DNA of 32,000 nucleotides from Opitutales bacterium (GTDB lineage: Bacteria; Verrucomicrobiota; Verrucomicrobiia; Opitutales; Coraliomargaritaceae), in the NCBI GenBank assembly GCA_049606355.1, contig JBMYVL010000009.1:78356-110355 (forward strand), given 5' to 3'. The notes beneath the pieces are model-generated. The model did not search any database and was not told the DNA's origin. It saw only the letters and a list, made by a program, of their open reading frames with translations. Below are positions 1 through 9,239 of this stretch, in pieces (the first letter of the stretch is position 1; each line of letters opens with the position of its first letter). Made by a program: the position numbers and the translations under genes.

Positions 1-1524
1 CGTATTTTTGACGCGCATTTAATGGTGCTGGAAGACAGTGCCCTCATCGACGAAGTGGTGGCTGAAGTACGGAGTTCGCAGCAAAACGTCGAGCACTGCT
101 ACAACAATGTTGCGCAGCGTTACATATCTTTTTTCAGCTCCATGGATGATGATTATCTGAAGGAGCGAGTGACCGACATTCAAGATGTCTCGCGACGTCT
201 TTTGCATAATTTAGTCGGCGTCAAAAAGCTCGATCTCGGGCACCTGGAGCATCCCAGTATTATTGTCTCTCAGGATCTGACGCCTTCGGATACTGCAGAT
301 ATTGATCGTCATAAATTGCAGGCGTTCATCACCGACCAAGGGGGCAAGACCAGCCATTCCGTGATCATGGCGCGTTCACTGCGCATACCTGCTGTCGTTG
401 GTATGCATGATGTTTCGCAGCGAATTCGTACCGGTGATCAGGTGTTGGTTGACGGTTATGACGGCGTAGTGGTTATCAATCCCAGTGAGGATCGACTCTT
501 TCAGTATGGTCAATTGGCCAGTGAGCGACTCAAGCTGGATAAGATCTTCAAATCGGTGCTGCGTGAACCCAGTGAAAGTTTGGATGGTCAGCCTATCGGG
601 TTGATGGCAAATATTGAAGGTGCGCAGGAGATGGAAGTCGCGCAAGAGATGGGCGCCGATGGCGTCGGCCTGTTTCGTACTGAAGGTGTTTTTCTGCGAC
701 ACCGTGGCTATCCCAGTGAGGATGCGCAGTACGAAGAGTATGCGGCCGTCGTTCAGGCGGCGGGCAACAGCCCCGTGATCATTCGCACCTTGGACATTGG
801 CGGCGACAAGACGATCGGCAATCCGGAGCAAGAGGAGGACAGTTCGTTTATGGGCTTCCGTGCGATTCGTTTCTGTTTGGAAAACCCCACCATCTTTAAG
901 ACGCAATTACGCGCGATTCTGCGCGCGAGTGCGAGCGGCACGGTTAAGCTAATGTATCCAATGATCAGCGGTTTGCACGAACTCCGCCGCGCCAATGAAT
1001 TTCTTGACGAGGTAAAAGCTGAGTTGCGCGCTGAGGGCAGTGCGTTTGATGAAGGGATCGAAGTAGGCGCCATGATTGAAATTCCCAGCGCTGCGATGAT
1101 CATTGATTTACTCGCCCCCGAAGTCGACTTCTTCAGCATTGGAACCAACGATTTGATTCAGTACCTGATGGCGGTGGATCGCTTGAACGATCAGGTGGCA
1201 CACTTATATGAACCCGCGCATCCTGCGGTATTGCGTACACTGAAAGCGATTATCAACAGCTGCAATGCAGTGAATGTCCCGGTCGGTGTTTGTGGTGAGA
1301 TCGCTGGCGACCCAATTTACGCCAGTCTTTTGCTTGGCATGGGTGCCAATTCCCTGAGCTTGACTGCAAGTTTACTGCCTGAGGTGAAGTACTTTATTCG
1401 CAAAATGCACACCGAACAAGCGCAGGCACTCGTGGAGGAAGTGTTGCAAATCAATGATCCGATCGAAGTCGTCGGACGTTTGGAGGATTTTCGCAAAGAG
1501 ACGATCGGCGCTTTAATGGTTTAA
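1..1524 (+). CDS. ptsI: Phosphoenolpyruvate-protein phosphotransferase (PTS enzyme I), 5'-truncated by the window edge
   Basis: The frame is open from nt 1 (RIFDAHLMVLED...), so the ATG at 22 is internal. Motifs: GGKTSHSVIMARSLRIPAVVG (phospho-His region), GLFRTE (PEP-utilising signature), IGTNDLIQY, VGVCGEIAGDP (C-terminal Cys). The N-terminal domain is off-window, so a PtsP-type (GAF) form cannot be excluded. Confidence 0.92.
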   Translation, partial: RIFDAHLMVLEDSALIDEVVAEVRSSQQNVEHCYNNVAQRYISFFSSMDDDYLKERVTDIQDVSRRLLHNLVGVKKLDLGHLEHPSIIVSQDLTPSDTADIDRHKLQAFITDQGGKTSHSVIMARSLRIPAVVGMHDVSQRIRTGDQVLVDGYDGVVVINPSEDRLFQYGQLASERLKLDKIFKSVLREPSESLDGQPIGLMANIEGAQEMEVAQEMGADGVGLFRTEGVFLRHRGYPSEDAQYEEYAAVVQAAGNSPVIIRTLDIGGDKTIGNPEQEEDSSFMGFRAIRFCLENPTIFKTQLRAILRASASGTVKLMYPMISGLHELRRANEFLDEVKAELRAEGSAFDEGIEVGAMIEIPSAAMIIDLLAPEVDFFSIGTNDLIQYLMAVDRLNDQVAHLYEPAHPAVLRTLKAIINSCNAVNVPVGVCGEIAGDPIYASLLLGMGANSLSLTASLLPEVKYFIRKMHTEQAQALVEEVLQINDPIEVVGRLEDFRKETIGALMV

Positions 1525-1572
1525 CCGGATTGCCGTAGCTTTGCTGCGACACGCTTACGGAATACTTTATCG

Positions 1573-1971
1573 ATGACTACCCCCCATATCAGTGGCGTCC
1601 GCTATGATGCCGAATTGCCGACCGTGAACCGTGCGCACTTGGACGGCATTTTAGGCCCTGAGAGTGCGCAGCAGTCGCAACAGTTAGTGCAGCATATTTA
1701 TGAACTGTTTTTGTCTGAGAGTCGCGAGAAACTGGATGGCTTGAACGCGGCTTGCCAAGCTGATGATTTGGCAACGCTGCGCGCCATTGTCCATTTCCTT
1801 GCAGGCGGTTCGGGTAGTTTGGGAATGGTGCGCCTGTCGACCTATTTGCAGGCGATCGAGCGAGCGATTGCTGCGGAGCAGTTGACTGACCTGAGTAACT
1901 GCAGTGCATCGATTTTATTCGAGTTTGAGCGCAGCTGTGCTGAATTCAAACGTATCTACACCTTGTCATAA
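1573..1971 (+). CDS. Hpt (histidine phosphotransfer) domain protein
   Basis: 132 aa with predicted helical character. IVHFLAGGSGSLGM resembles the Hpt consensus H-x-L-K-G-S-x-x-x-x-G (K replaced by A). It is not HPr: it lacks the G-I-H-A-R-P-type motif and is longer than ~88 aa. Confidence 0.65.
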   Translation: MTTPHISGVRYDAELPTVNRAHLDGILGPESAQQSQQLVQHIYELFLSESREKLDGLNAACQADDLATLRAIVHFLAGGSGSLGMVRLSTYLQAIERAIAAEQLTDLSNCSASILFEFERSCAEFKRIYTLS

Positions 1972-2013
1972 GGTCAGGGCACCAGCCCAGCCGCTGCCAA
2001 TTCCGGGCTTGAG

Positions 2014-2169
2014 CTAGGCGTCTGTTTTCTCGTCGGGTGTTGCCTGTTCGAAGCCGTGTATGTGCTCGGTTTCGTGCGGTGTTGATAACACTTTATAAAT
2101 GCACCAGATGAAGAGGAGGCTGACGCTACCAACCGAGAGTGCGAGGATGATCCAACCGCTGCTTGTCAT
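2014..2169 (-). CDS. Small single-pass membrane protein, possible NSS-transporter small subunit (MetS-like)
   Basis: Hand-translated 51-codon ORF, below the track cutoff: MTSSGWIILALSVGSVSLLFIWCIYKVLSTPHETEHIHGFEQATPDEKTDA. Its ATG at 2169 lies 3 nt after the TAA of the upstream NSS transporter (TAA TTC ATG). It has one hydrophobic helix and an acidic tail. Confidence 0.45.
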   Translation of the reverse strand: MTSSGWIILALSVGSVSLLFIWCIYKVLSTPHETEHIHGFEQATPDEKTDA

Positions 2170-2172
2170 GAA

Positions 2173-3924
2173 TTAATCCTTTTTTGAGTGTTGCTTGTAG
2201 TCGGGGTTGAGCGCGATGAGAAAGACGAAGAGGGCGGCGACAAAACCAATCAGTGCCAGGCTCATCCACGCAACCGTGTTTGGCTCAATAAACAAATCGC
2301 GCACGTAGCCGCTCGTACTGGCTTCGCCGGTTTGAAAGTTGAGTCCAAAAACATTTGCTGCCACCCACATCGCAAAAATGATGAGCAAGAACAATGGGCT
2401 GATGTACTTCATGATGAACTTGAAGACTTTTGGGATTCGAATGGCGGCGCCTTGGTGGGCGATACGAAAGCCTTCGTCCACACCGAGCAGCCATCCGAAA
2501 ATAACGATCTGTAGTGTGGAGAGTATGAAGATCAGAAACGTGCCCACCCAAAAGTCCATGGTGTCGAGGGCTTTAACATCCGCACTGAAGTAGACACAGA
2601 AGCCGCAACCCACAGCAGTGATTAATCCGAGAAACGCGACGGACTGCTTGCGATTGATCTTCAAGGCCTCTTCGAGGAAGGCAATGCCCGGTTGGAGCAT
2701 CGACAGTGAACTCGTGACCGCGGCAAGGAAGAGTAAGAAGAAGAACAGAAAGCCAAAGAAATTGCCGAATGCCATGTTGGCGAAAACCATCGGCAGGACA
2801 TTGAAGCCGAGCCCAAAGGTACCCATCCCCGCGACACCGGCGACACCGAGGAAAGTGACGGCGGCAGGCAGTGTGATGAGCCCGCCGAGTGCGACTTCGC
2901 AAAACTCGTTGGCACTGGTGGCGGCGAGGCCGCTGAGAACGACATCATCTTTTTTAGATAGATAACTGGAGTAAGTTATGATCACACCAAACCCCACCGA
3001 TAGGGAGAAGAAGATTTGCCCGGCAGCGGCCAGCCACAACTGCGGATTCCACAGTTGCTCCTTAACGGTGACCTGCCGCACACGAGTGGTCGCCTTTGTG
3101 GCCGTATCGGCTTGGGCGACTGCGAGTGCCGCGCGATCGACGATTTGTCGTTCTACCATCCAGCTGCCGTCTTGCTGTTGCGTCTCCACGACATGCTTGG
3201 TCGGGTTCCACATGAAGCCGAGCCCGTTGTTTACGTTGCGGTCCGGCATGCTGGCATCCGGTGTGCCCAGGGTAAGGACACGCAGTAAAATTAGTACCGC
3301 GATCAGCACGAGGGTCGGCATCGCATACGTACAGAACAGCTCGATGCCCTTGGATAGGCCGCGGTAAATCAGAATGAAATTCAGAATGAAGACGACGAGT
3401 AGGTAGATCCCCACTTGGCTGAGCCCAAAGCCGATTGCGGCACCATTCTCGCCAATCCCGATAAAGTTGCCCCAGAAATTACTGGAGTCTTCGATACTGG
3501 TAAAGTCCATGTGCCCGGTAAGGAAGTTTACCGAATAACCAAGGCACCAGGCTTCGATGTACACATAGTACATGTAGATGATAACCGGTATCAACACGCC
3601 GATTGCCCCTAAGTATTTAAACGCCGGCTTGCGGGTGATGTAATTGAAAATACCCGGCGCGGAGTTGAAGCCGGCCTGCCCGCCATGGCGGCCCATCGCC
3701 CATTCGGCCCAACAAATCGGCAAGCCGATGAGGATGAAAGAAATAAAGTAGGCGAGCATGAAGGCGCCGCCGCCATATTCGGCAGCTTGGCCCGGGAAGC
3801 GCAGGAAGTTGCCGAGGCCCACCGCGCTCCCGGCGACAGCTAAAATGACACCGATGCGTGAGTTCCAGGATTCAGGTTGTTTAGCCATAGTACGTGGGGC
3901 AGAGTATCTCGAACGTGGCATCAC
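2173..3924 (-). CDS. Sodium-dependent transporter, neurotransmitter:sodium symporter (NSS/SNF) family
   Basis: [41 protein letters not shown] is the classic NSS TM1 signature, and the protein is multi-TM throughout. The longest ORF starts at GTG 3924. ATG 3888 ([11 protein letters not shown]...) is the more typical N-terminus. Confidence 0.92.
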   Translation of the reverse strand: MMPRSRYSAPRTMAKQPESWNSRIGVILAVAGSAVGLGNFLRFPGQAAEYGGGAFMLAYFISFILIGLPICWAEWAMGRHGGQAGFNSAPGIFNYITRKPAFKYLGAIGVLIPVIIYMYYVYIEAWCLGYSVNFLTGHMDFTSIEDSSNFWGNFIGIGENGAAIGFGLSQVGIYLLVVFILNFILIYRGLSKGIELFCTYAMPTLVLIAVLILLRVLTLGTPDASMPDRNVNNGLGFMWNPTKHVVETQQQDGSWMVERQIVDRAALAVAQADTATKATTRVRQVTVKEQLWNPQLWLAAAGQIFFSLSVGFGVIITYSSYLSKKDDVVLSGLAATSANEFCEVALGGLITLPAAVTFLGVAGVAGMGTFGLGFNVLPMVFANMAFGNFFGFLFFFLLFLAAVTSSLSMLQPGIAFLEEALKINRKQSVAFLGLITAVGCGFCVYFSADVKALDTMDFWVGTFLIFILSTLQIVIFGWLLGVDEGFRIAHQGAAIRIPKVFKFIMKYISPLFLLIIFAMWVAANVFGLNFQTGEASTSGYVRDLFIEPNTVAWMSLALIGFVAALFVFLIALNPDYKQHSKKD

Positions 3925-3954
3925 CTATGCCAGAAAAAAATCGTCGCCAAGGGT

Positions 3955-3989
3955 GTGACTTTATCGAAGGCTTTCGCGTAGAAAGTCAC
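3955..3989. repeat. 8-bp perfect inverted repeat with a nested 4-bp hairpin, directly upstream of the lptF/G-like start
   Basis: gtgacttt (3955-3962) is the reverse complement of aaagtcac (3982-3989). The spacer contains cgaa-ggct-ttcg. The right arm ends 2 nt before ATG 3992, inside a divergent promoter region. Confidence 0.5.
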
Positions 3990-3991
3990 TG

Positions 3992-5104
3992 ATGTCATTA
4001 TTAAGCCGCTATCTACTGAAGGAATGGAGTGTGGGATTTGCCCTTACCATGGGTGTTATCCTTGGGGTGCTCCTGTTGCAAAGTATGTTGGACAGCTTGC
4101 CCGATCTACTGGCGGCCAATGCCAGCCTAGCACAGATCGGTTTTTTCTTCGCGCTCAGTTTGCCGACCTACCTGCCGGCCATTCTCCCGATTGCATTTTT
4201 GGTTTCTTTGCTGTTCGCGCTGGGTAACCTCCACCGCAATTATGAAATTATCGCGATGCGTGCCGCAGGGCAGAGTTTGCTGCAAATCAGCCGTCCGCTC
4301 TGGGGCGTCGGATTACTGTTTTCTGCCTTGCTGCTCTACTTGACGGCATCGGTTGTGCCGAACGCGGTCGAGCGTTCGCGCACCTTTTATGAGAACCTCG
4401 ATTATGCGTCGCGCGAGGCACGCGTGGATGCGCGCCAAGTCGGGCTAATCTACAACCTCGGGTTTGATAACCGTGAAGAAGGGCGCTTGTGGATGATGAA
4501 CCGTTTCAGTGAGCGCGCTTGGTTGGCGATGGGAGTGACCGTGCACCTGCGCACCGCAGCGGGGCGGGAATTGCAGCGTATTTCTGCCAGTGAGGCTTAT
4601 TTTGACGACACGCAGGGCTATTGGGTCTTCGTCAATGGTCGGGAGCTCAGCTTTGATCCCGAGAGTGGGGATCCATTGCGCACGCAATCGTTTCGGGAAA
4701 AAGCGTTCACAGAGTTTACTGAAGACCCATCCTTAATGCTGGGCTTGCACAAGAAACCAAGGGAGCTCTCGCTGAATGAACTGCGACGTATCATCCAAGC
4801 AGTGCCGCCGGAGGAAAACCCTGCCGCGATGGCCTATTTGACGCGCTATTTTAGCTTATTGGCGAGCCCGTTCAGTTGCTTGGTGATTGTCGGCATTGCG
4901 GTGCCTTTTGCCGTCTCCGGTGTGCGTGCGAATCCGATGGTTGGTATTTCCAAGTGTATCGGCTACTTTGTACTCTTCTATGTATTGATCAGCTGTGCTA
5001 CGATTCTGGGAGAACGAGAGGTACTGCCGGCATGGTTAGCCGCCTGGTTGCCGAATTTGTCCATGCTGGGCATTGCAGTTTGGTTGTTTCGAAGTGCTCG
5101 ATAA
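3992..5104 (+). CDS. LptF/LptG family permease (YjgP/YjgQ), LPS export
   Basis: 370 aa. N-terminus LLSRYLLKEW is typical of the family. Three N-terminal TM segments, a central soluble (periplasmic) domain and three C-terminal TM segments. Confidence 0.82.
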   Translation: MSLLSRYLLKEWSVGFALTMGVILGVLLLQSMLDSLPDLLAANASLAQIGFFFALSLPTYLPAILPIAFLVSLLFALGNLHRNYEIIAMRAAGQSLLQISRPLWGVGLLFSALLLYLTASVVPNAVERSRTFYENLDYASREARVDARQVGLIYNLGFDNREEGRLWMMNRFSERAWLAMGVTVHLRTAAGRELQRISASEAYFDDTQGYWVFVNGRELSFDPESGDPLRTQSFREKAFTEFTEDPSLMLGLHKKPRELSLNELRRIIQAVPPEENPAAMAYLTRYFSLLASPFSCLVIVGIAVPFAVSGVRANPMVGISKCIGYFVLFYVLISCATILGEREVLPAWLAAWLPNLSMLGIAVWLFRSAR

Positions 5105-6220
5105 ATGGTGCGCACGACCTCAGAGCTTAACGGGCATCCGTGGGTGGCCTTGGCGGACTTAGACTGCGAGGGCACAGTCCCGCCCAATGCAAGGGCTGTC
5201 TCATTGTATGCGGCGGATGGCACGCCGCTCGGTAGTGGTATTTATGATGCGCGTGATCCGCGGGCGGCTTGGCGGCGTTTTTCGTTGGCCGAGGGCGTCG
5301 ATTGGTCGATGGATTACATCGTCGAGGCACTGCAGGCTGCAATTGCCCGTCGGCCGGAAGAAGCCTGTCAACGGCTGGTCAGTTCCGACGCAGACTATCT
5401 CCCGGGTTTAATCGTTGAATTGTATCAGGATGTACTGCTGGTCTCAGCTGAGACGGCGGCCGTCGAAGCGCACTTGGAGTCGATTCTTGAAGTCCTGCAG
5501 GAGGGCTACCAGCCACGTGAAATAGTGGTGCGTAGCGATTCAGCGCAACGGAGTGCCTATGGTTTATCGACCGACGTGCGCACCTTGAGTGGCAATCGCT
5601 TGAAGGGGTATTGGATCGAGGTCGATGGATTGCAGTACCGTATTGATTTATTGAATACCAGTAAGCCGTGCTTTCATTTGGATCAACGTGAACAGCATGC
5701 TTTAGTGGGTAGTTTATGTGCCGAGCGGCGGGTCTTGGACTGCTCTACCAGTGTTGGTGGCTTCGCACTGCAAGCTCTACAGCAAGGCGCCTGCGGTGCC
5801 GTCGCTTTGGATGTCGACCCGATGGCGGTCAAAGCGATTGGAGCCAACGCACAGAAGAATGGACTCTCGGTGGATGCACTCGCTACAGATGTAAGTGCTT
5901 ATCTGGGCAGTTGCGAGGCGGGACGTTTTGATGCCATCGTTCTGGATCCGCCAGCCACATTGGCCGCTGATGCGGCGGCATTTGCCGCGTTGCAGCGTCA
6001 GGCCTTTGCCATCGTGCCGCCGGGCGGTTTGCTTGCTACATATTGCCGCGATGTGGAACTGTCTGCCCAAGCGTTTGAGTCAGTGCTTGCTGCGGCTGCG
6101 GCTGCGGCCGGACGTGAAGCGCGAATCTTTGCCCGTACCGCGCAACCCTTCGATTTCCCGATGTTGCTGCGCCTTCCCCAAAGCCAAGCCCTCAAAGGCC
6201 TGATCGTGCAAGTGGAGTAG
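5105..6220 (+). CDS. Class I SAM-dependent rRNA methyltransferase (RlmI/RlmK-like, PUA-type N-domain)
   Basis: GHPWV near the N-terminus, VLDCSTSVGGFAL (SAM motif I), DAIVLDPP (motif IV). The start ATG directly abuts the upstream TAA (taaatg). Confidence 0.78.
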   Translation: MVRTTSELNGHPWVALADLDCEGTVPPNARAVSLYAADGTPLGSGIYDARDPRAAWRRFSLAEGVDWSMDYIVEALQAAIARRPEEACQRLVSSDADYLPGLIVELYQDVLLVSAETAAVEAHLESILEVLQEGYQPREIVVRSDSAQRSAYGLSTDVRTLSGNRLKGYWIEVDGLQYRIDLLNTSKPCFHLDQREQHALVGSLCAERRVLDCSTSVGGFALQALQQGACGAVALDVDPMAVKAIGANAQKNGLSVDALATDVSAYLGSCEAGRFDAIVLDPPATLAADAAAFAALQRQAFAIVPPGGLLATYCRDVELSAQAFESVLAAAAAAAGREARIFARTAQPFDFPMLLRLPQSQALKGLIVQVE

Positions 6221-6273
6221 GCGATTGATTCGAGCGTAGGCGCAGCCAAGGCGAGCGCACGGATTCGAGGTGT

Positions 6274-7500
6274 CTACATTTCTTCAGCCATCGCCGTACC
6301 AGCGATGTGGCCGGTGGTCCAGGCCGCTTGAAAATTAAAGCCTCCGGTAATGCCGTCGATGTCGAGGCACTCCCCGGCGAAGTGCAGATTGGGCACTTGC
6401 TTGCTTTCCATACGCCGGAAGTCGACCTCTTTGAGTTGGATGCCTCCGCAGGTAACAAACTCGTCTTTATTGGTCGTTTTGCCCTGTACCGAGTAGCGCC
6501 CGTTCAGGCAGGCTTCGACGAGTGCGTTTTCTGCCTTCTTGCTAAGTTGCGCCCATACAGTAGCTGCTTCGATTGCAGCGCTTTGGACGAGGCGCTCCCA
6601 AAGGCGCTTGGGCAGTGCTTCGAGTGGGGTGTTTTTAACGGATTTCTTCGCCGCGGTCTTGCGCAGGTACTTCAATTGTTCGCGCAGTTGAGAATCCGTC
6701 CACTCGCCGAGCCAATTGATTGCGATATCGAAATGGTAGTTGTGTGCTTGTAGGGTGCGCGCTTCCCAAGCGGAGGTTCGCAGGATGGCAGGGCCACTCA
6801 AGCCGCGGTGGGTAACCAGTACCGGACCCGATTGTGGCTTGCCATCTGGAAGTACACGAACCTGCGCGTGTTGTACCGCCAGCCCGGCTAAGCCACTGAG
6901 GCGCTTATCGCTTACATTAAAGGCAAACAGGGAAGGCGCGAGGGCTTCGATGTGGTGTCCAAGCTCGGTAAGCGTACGGGCCAGAGGGCTGGCCTTAAGT
7001 GAACCGCTGGCGATACACACTGCATCGGCACGAGCAAAGCTATTGTCGCTCAGCTCTAATCCAAAGGATCCATGAGCTTCAACGGTGATCTTTTTTAGGC
7101 CAATGCCCGTATGAAGTCCAATCTTCAGCCGCCGCGCCTCGCGTAAAAAGCAATCGATGATGGTTTGTGAATCATCGCTGGTTGGGAACATGCGCCCATC
7201 GGCTTCGGCTTTGATTTGCACTGCGCGCGCGGCAAACCAGTTAAGGGTGTCCTGCGGTTGCCAGCGGTGGAAGGCAGCGCGCAGTTCGCGTTCTCCGCGT
7301 GGGTAGTGACTCGCAAGCAGCTTTGGGTCATAGCAGTTATGCGTGACGTTACAGCGCCCACCGCCGGAAATTTTGACTTTAGTCAAAAAGCGCGCACCGC
7401 GTTCGTACAAGGTAACCTGTGCGGTGGGATTGGCTTCGGCTGCAGTGAGCGCGGCGAAGAAGCCCGCCGCGCCGCCGCCTATGATCGCGATTTGTTTCAT
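6274..7500 (-). CDS. NAD(P)/FAD-dependent oxidoreductase, HI0933/YhiN (BaiN-like) family
   Basis: MKQIAIIGGGAAGFFAA (dinucleotide-binding fold) and GGGRCNVTH, the family hallmark. 408 aa. Confidence 0.85.
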   Translation of the reverse strand: MKQIAIIGGGAAGFFAALTAAEANPTAQVTLYERGARFLTKVKISGGGRCNVTHNCYDPKLLASHYPRGERELRAAFHRWQPQDTLNWFAARAVQIKAEADGRMFPTSDDSQTIIDCFLREARRLKIGLHTGIGLKKITVEAHGSFGLELSDNSFARADAVCIASGSLKASPLARTLTELGHHIEALAPSLFAFNVSDKRLSGLAGLAVQHAQVRVLPDGKPQSGPVLVTHRGLSGPAILRTSAWEARTLQAHNYHFDIAINWLGEWTDSQLREQLKYLRKTAAKKSVKNTPLEALPKRLWERLVQSAAIEAATVWAQLSKKAENALVEACLNGRYSVQGKTTNKDEFVTCGGIQLKEVDFRRMESKQVPNLHFAGECLDIDGITGGFNFQAAWTTGHIAGTAMAEEM

Positions 7501-7556
7501 AGCTGAATGGGCATCATCAAAGCATTCAAGCTAGCGAGGGGAAGCGTTAACTACAC

Positions 7557-8390
7557 CTAGTTACGCGTCAGCACGATTGAGAGAATCGCCTGATTGCGTT
7601 GGCGATCGATGTAGTGCCGTAAGCTGCGGCGCTCAGCAAGAGTGAGTGCACCTTTAGGCAGTGCTCGAATGCGTTCCCAAGCCAGATCATAGTCCCTCAA
7701 GTCACCCAGTTGCTGCTCGAGTCGTTTGATGCGCTGGATCGATTGTGTGGAGAGCGCAAGCCAATGGCGCAGCAACTGCATCTGGTAGTACTGATCTTTA
7801 CAGCGCTTGCGCCATTGGTGTAAGGCAGCGGCTGAAGGGTCGGATAAAAACTGTTGCCGGCAGGCTTGGGTGTGTTTGCAGCGCTGCGCGTACGCCTTTT
7901 GAAGTGTGGCTCCCCGCAAACCGTGTAAATCGAGTTTCGCCAAGTCCTGCGCAGTGCTTCGCATACGTTTTTTAAAAACCTTGCGGCAGTTTTCAAAGGC
8001 CGGTCCGGTAGGTACTGGAGTGCCCGCCTGCAGCGAACCTTGGGTCGTTTGCAAGGCGCGGCATAATACCGGACTCCGCGTTGGCCGAAGTGGCTCACGC
8101 CACTGAGTCAAGTTGTGGAGCAGTACTTCTCGGTCGCGGTAGGGGCGTAATAAATTAGCGGATTCGCGCAGTGCTCGGTTGAGTGTGTACCGTTGCTTCC
8201 CCAGCGGACGCTTTGGCAGTAAGCGGAGCAGCGCGCGTAGGCGTTTAATGGCTTTGCGTGCCGTGTGGATTCCTTCCGGGTCGGGGCTGGGGTAGGCATC
8301 GATTGCTTGGCTGGCTACGGTGCACAGCTGTTGAAAAATGAGCCGTAGTTGACCTGCAGTTTTTTTACCTGGGTCGAGGCTCCGTTTCAT
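7557..8390 (-). CDS. CHAD domain-containing protein
   Basis: Basic helical repeats IHTARKAIKRLRALLRL and HQWRKRCKDQYYQMQLL are typical of CHAD. The longest ORF starts at 8426, but ATG 8390 forms an ATGA overlap with the stop of the upstream gene and is preferred. Confidence 0.78.
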   Translation of the reverse strand: MKRSLDPGKKTAGQLRLIFQQLCTVASQAIDAYPSPDPEGIHTARKAIKRLRALLRLLPKRPLGKQRYTLNRALRESANLLRPYRDREVLLHNLTQWREPLRPTRSPVLCRALQTTQGSLQAGTPVPTGPAFENCRKVFKKRMRSTAQDLAKLDLHGLRGATLQKAYAQRCKHTQACRQQFLSDPSAAALHQWRKRCKDQYYQMQLLRHWLALSTQSIQRIKRLEQQLGDLRDYDLAWERIRALPKGALTLAERRSLRHYIDRQRNQAILSIVLTRN

Positions 8391-9094
8391 GTCGGGTTGA
8401 GTTGCTCCAGTGCTTCGACGATACATGCGGCGGCACCGGCATCACTCCAATGGTCGGTGCGTAGCACGAGATCGTAGCTGGCGGGGTCATCGATGTCGCA
8501 GTGGAAATGTTGCTTCACGTAACTACGTCGCGCATGGTCTTCGCGTTTAATCAAGGCCTGTGCCTGGGCGCGGTTAAGTTGCAGGCTGTCCATGACATGT
8601 CGGGTGCGGACTGCGGTTGAGCCGATTAAACGTACACTGAGTACGTTGTGCAAGTGGCCGGCGATGTGGTTGCTGCCGTGGCCGACCAAAATGCAGTGGC
8701 CGGTACTGGCGAGCCGGGCGATGGTTTCCTTGGTATCTTTAAATAAGGTCCACAGGGAGGGGTGGCGTCCGAGTAATTCATTGATCGTGCCTTGCAGCTC
8801 GCCGATCGCTTCATCCGGGATGAATTTTTCCAAGTATTCGGGCAAGTGGTGTTCCTGTAGGATTTTTTTACTCAGCTCGCCGTCGAACAGCGTCCAGGGC
8901 AGCGGATCCTTGGCATCGCGTTGCTGGAGTTGTTGGTGTAAGTGCGTACAGATGGCCACGCCGCGAGCGCCTGTTTGGCGAGCGACCGTAATTGCAGGGG
9001 CATGCCGCCCATAAGCGCTCGGCACCTCGCTACGAGGCTCGAGATTAAGAGCTAGGTAGCTGTTGGACTTGAAGAAAACATTTGGTGTGCTCAT
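8387..9094 (-). CDS. Cytidylate kinase-like family protein (degenerate P-loop NMP-kinase fold)
   Basis: 235 aa. ITVARQTGARG sits where the ISREYGSGG-type degenerate P-loop of the Cytidylate_kin2-like family lies. Size and layout are typical. Confidence 0.65.
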   Translation of the reverse strand: MSTPNVFFKSNSYLALNLEPRSEVPSAYGRHAPAITVARQTGARGVAICTHLHQQLQQRDAKDPLPWTLFDGELSKKILQEHHLPEYLEKFIPDEAIGELQGTINELLGRHPSLWTLFKDTKETIARLASTGHCILVGHGSNHIAGHLHNVLSVRLIGSTAVRTRHVMDSLQLNRAQAQALIKREDHARRSYVKQHFHCDIDDPASYDLVLRTDHWSDAGAAACIVEALEQLNPT

Positions 9095-9239
9095 GGCTGC
9101 TGGGGTCGAATTTGCAAACTCGGCACCGCAGCATGCGCGAGCAGAACTGCGCTACCTCATTGATCCACTGTGGGATAATTTAAGTGTATGCAGCAGGAGC
9201 GAATTAGCAACGGCAATCGAGCGCGGTTGCCTGACGCTC

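Noticed and set aside
376-906. Long antisense or overlapping ORFs throughout the window. Examples: 376-906(-), 753-1148(-), 2188-2514(+), 2978-3367(+), 8592-9014(+), 11075-11584(-), 16105-16674(+), 17412-17987(-), 23343-23867(+), 29494-29976(-), 30319-30738(-).
   Set aside because: Each lies inside a longer ORF, on the opposite strand or in another frame, that carries clear family motifs. Their translations are low-complexity, Arg/Pro/Ser-rich and typical of shadow frames in GC-rich DNA.
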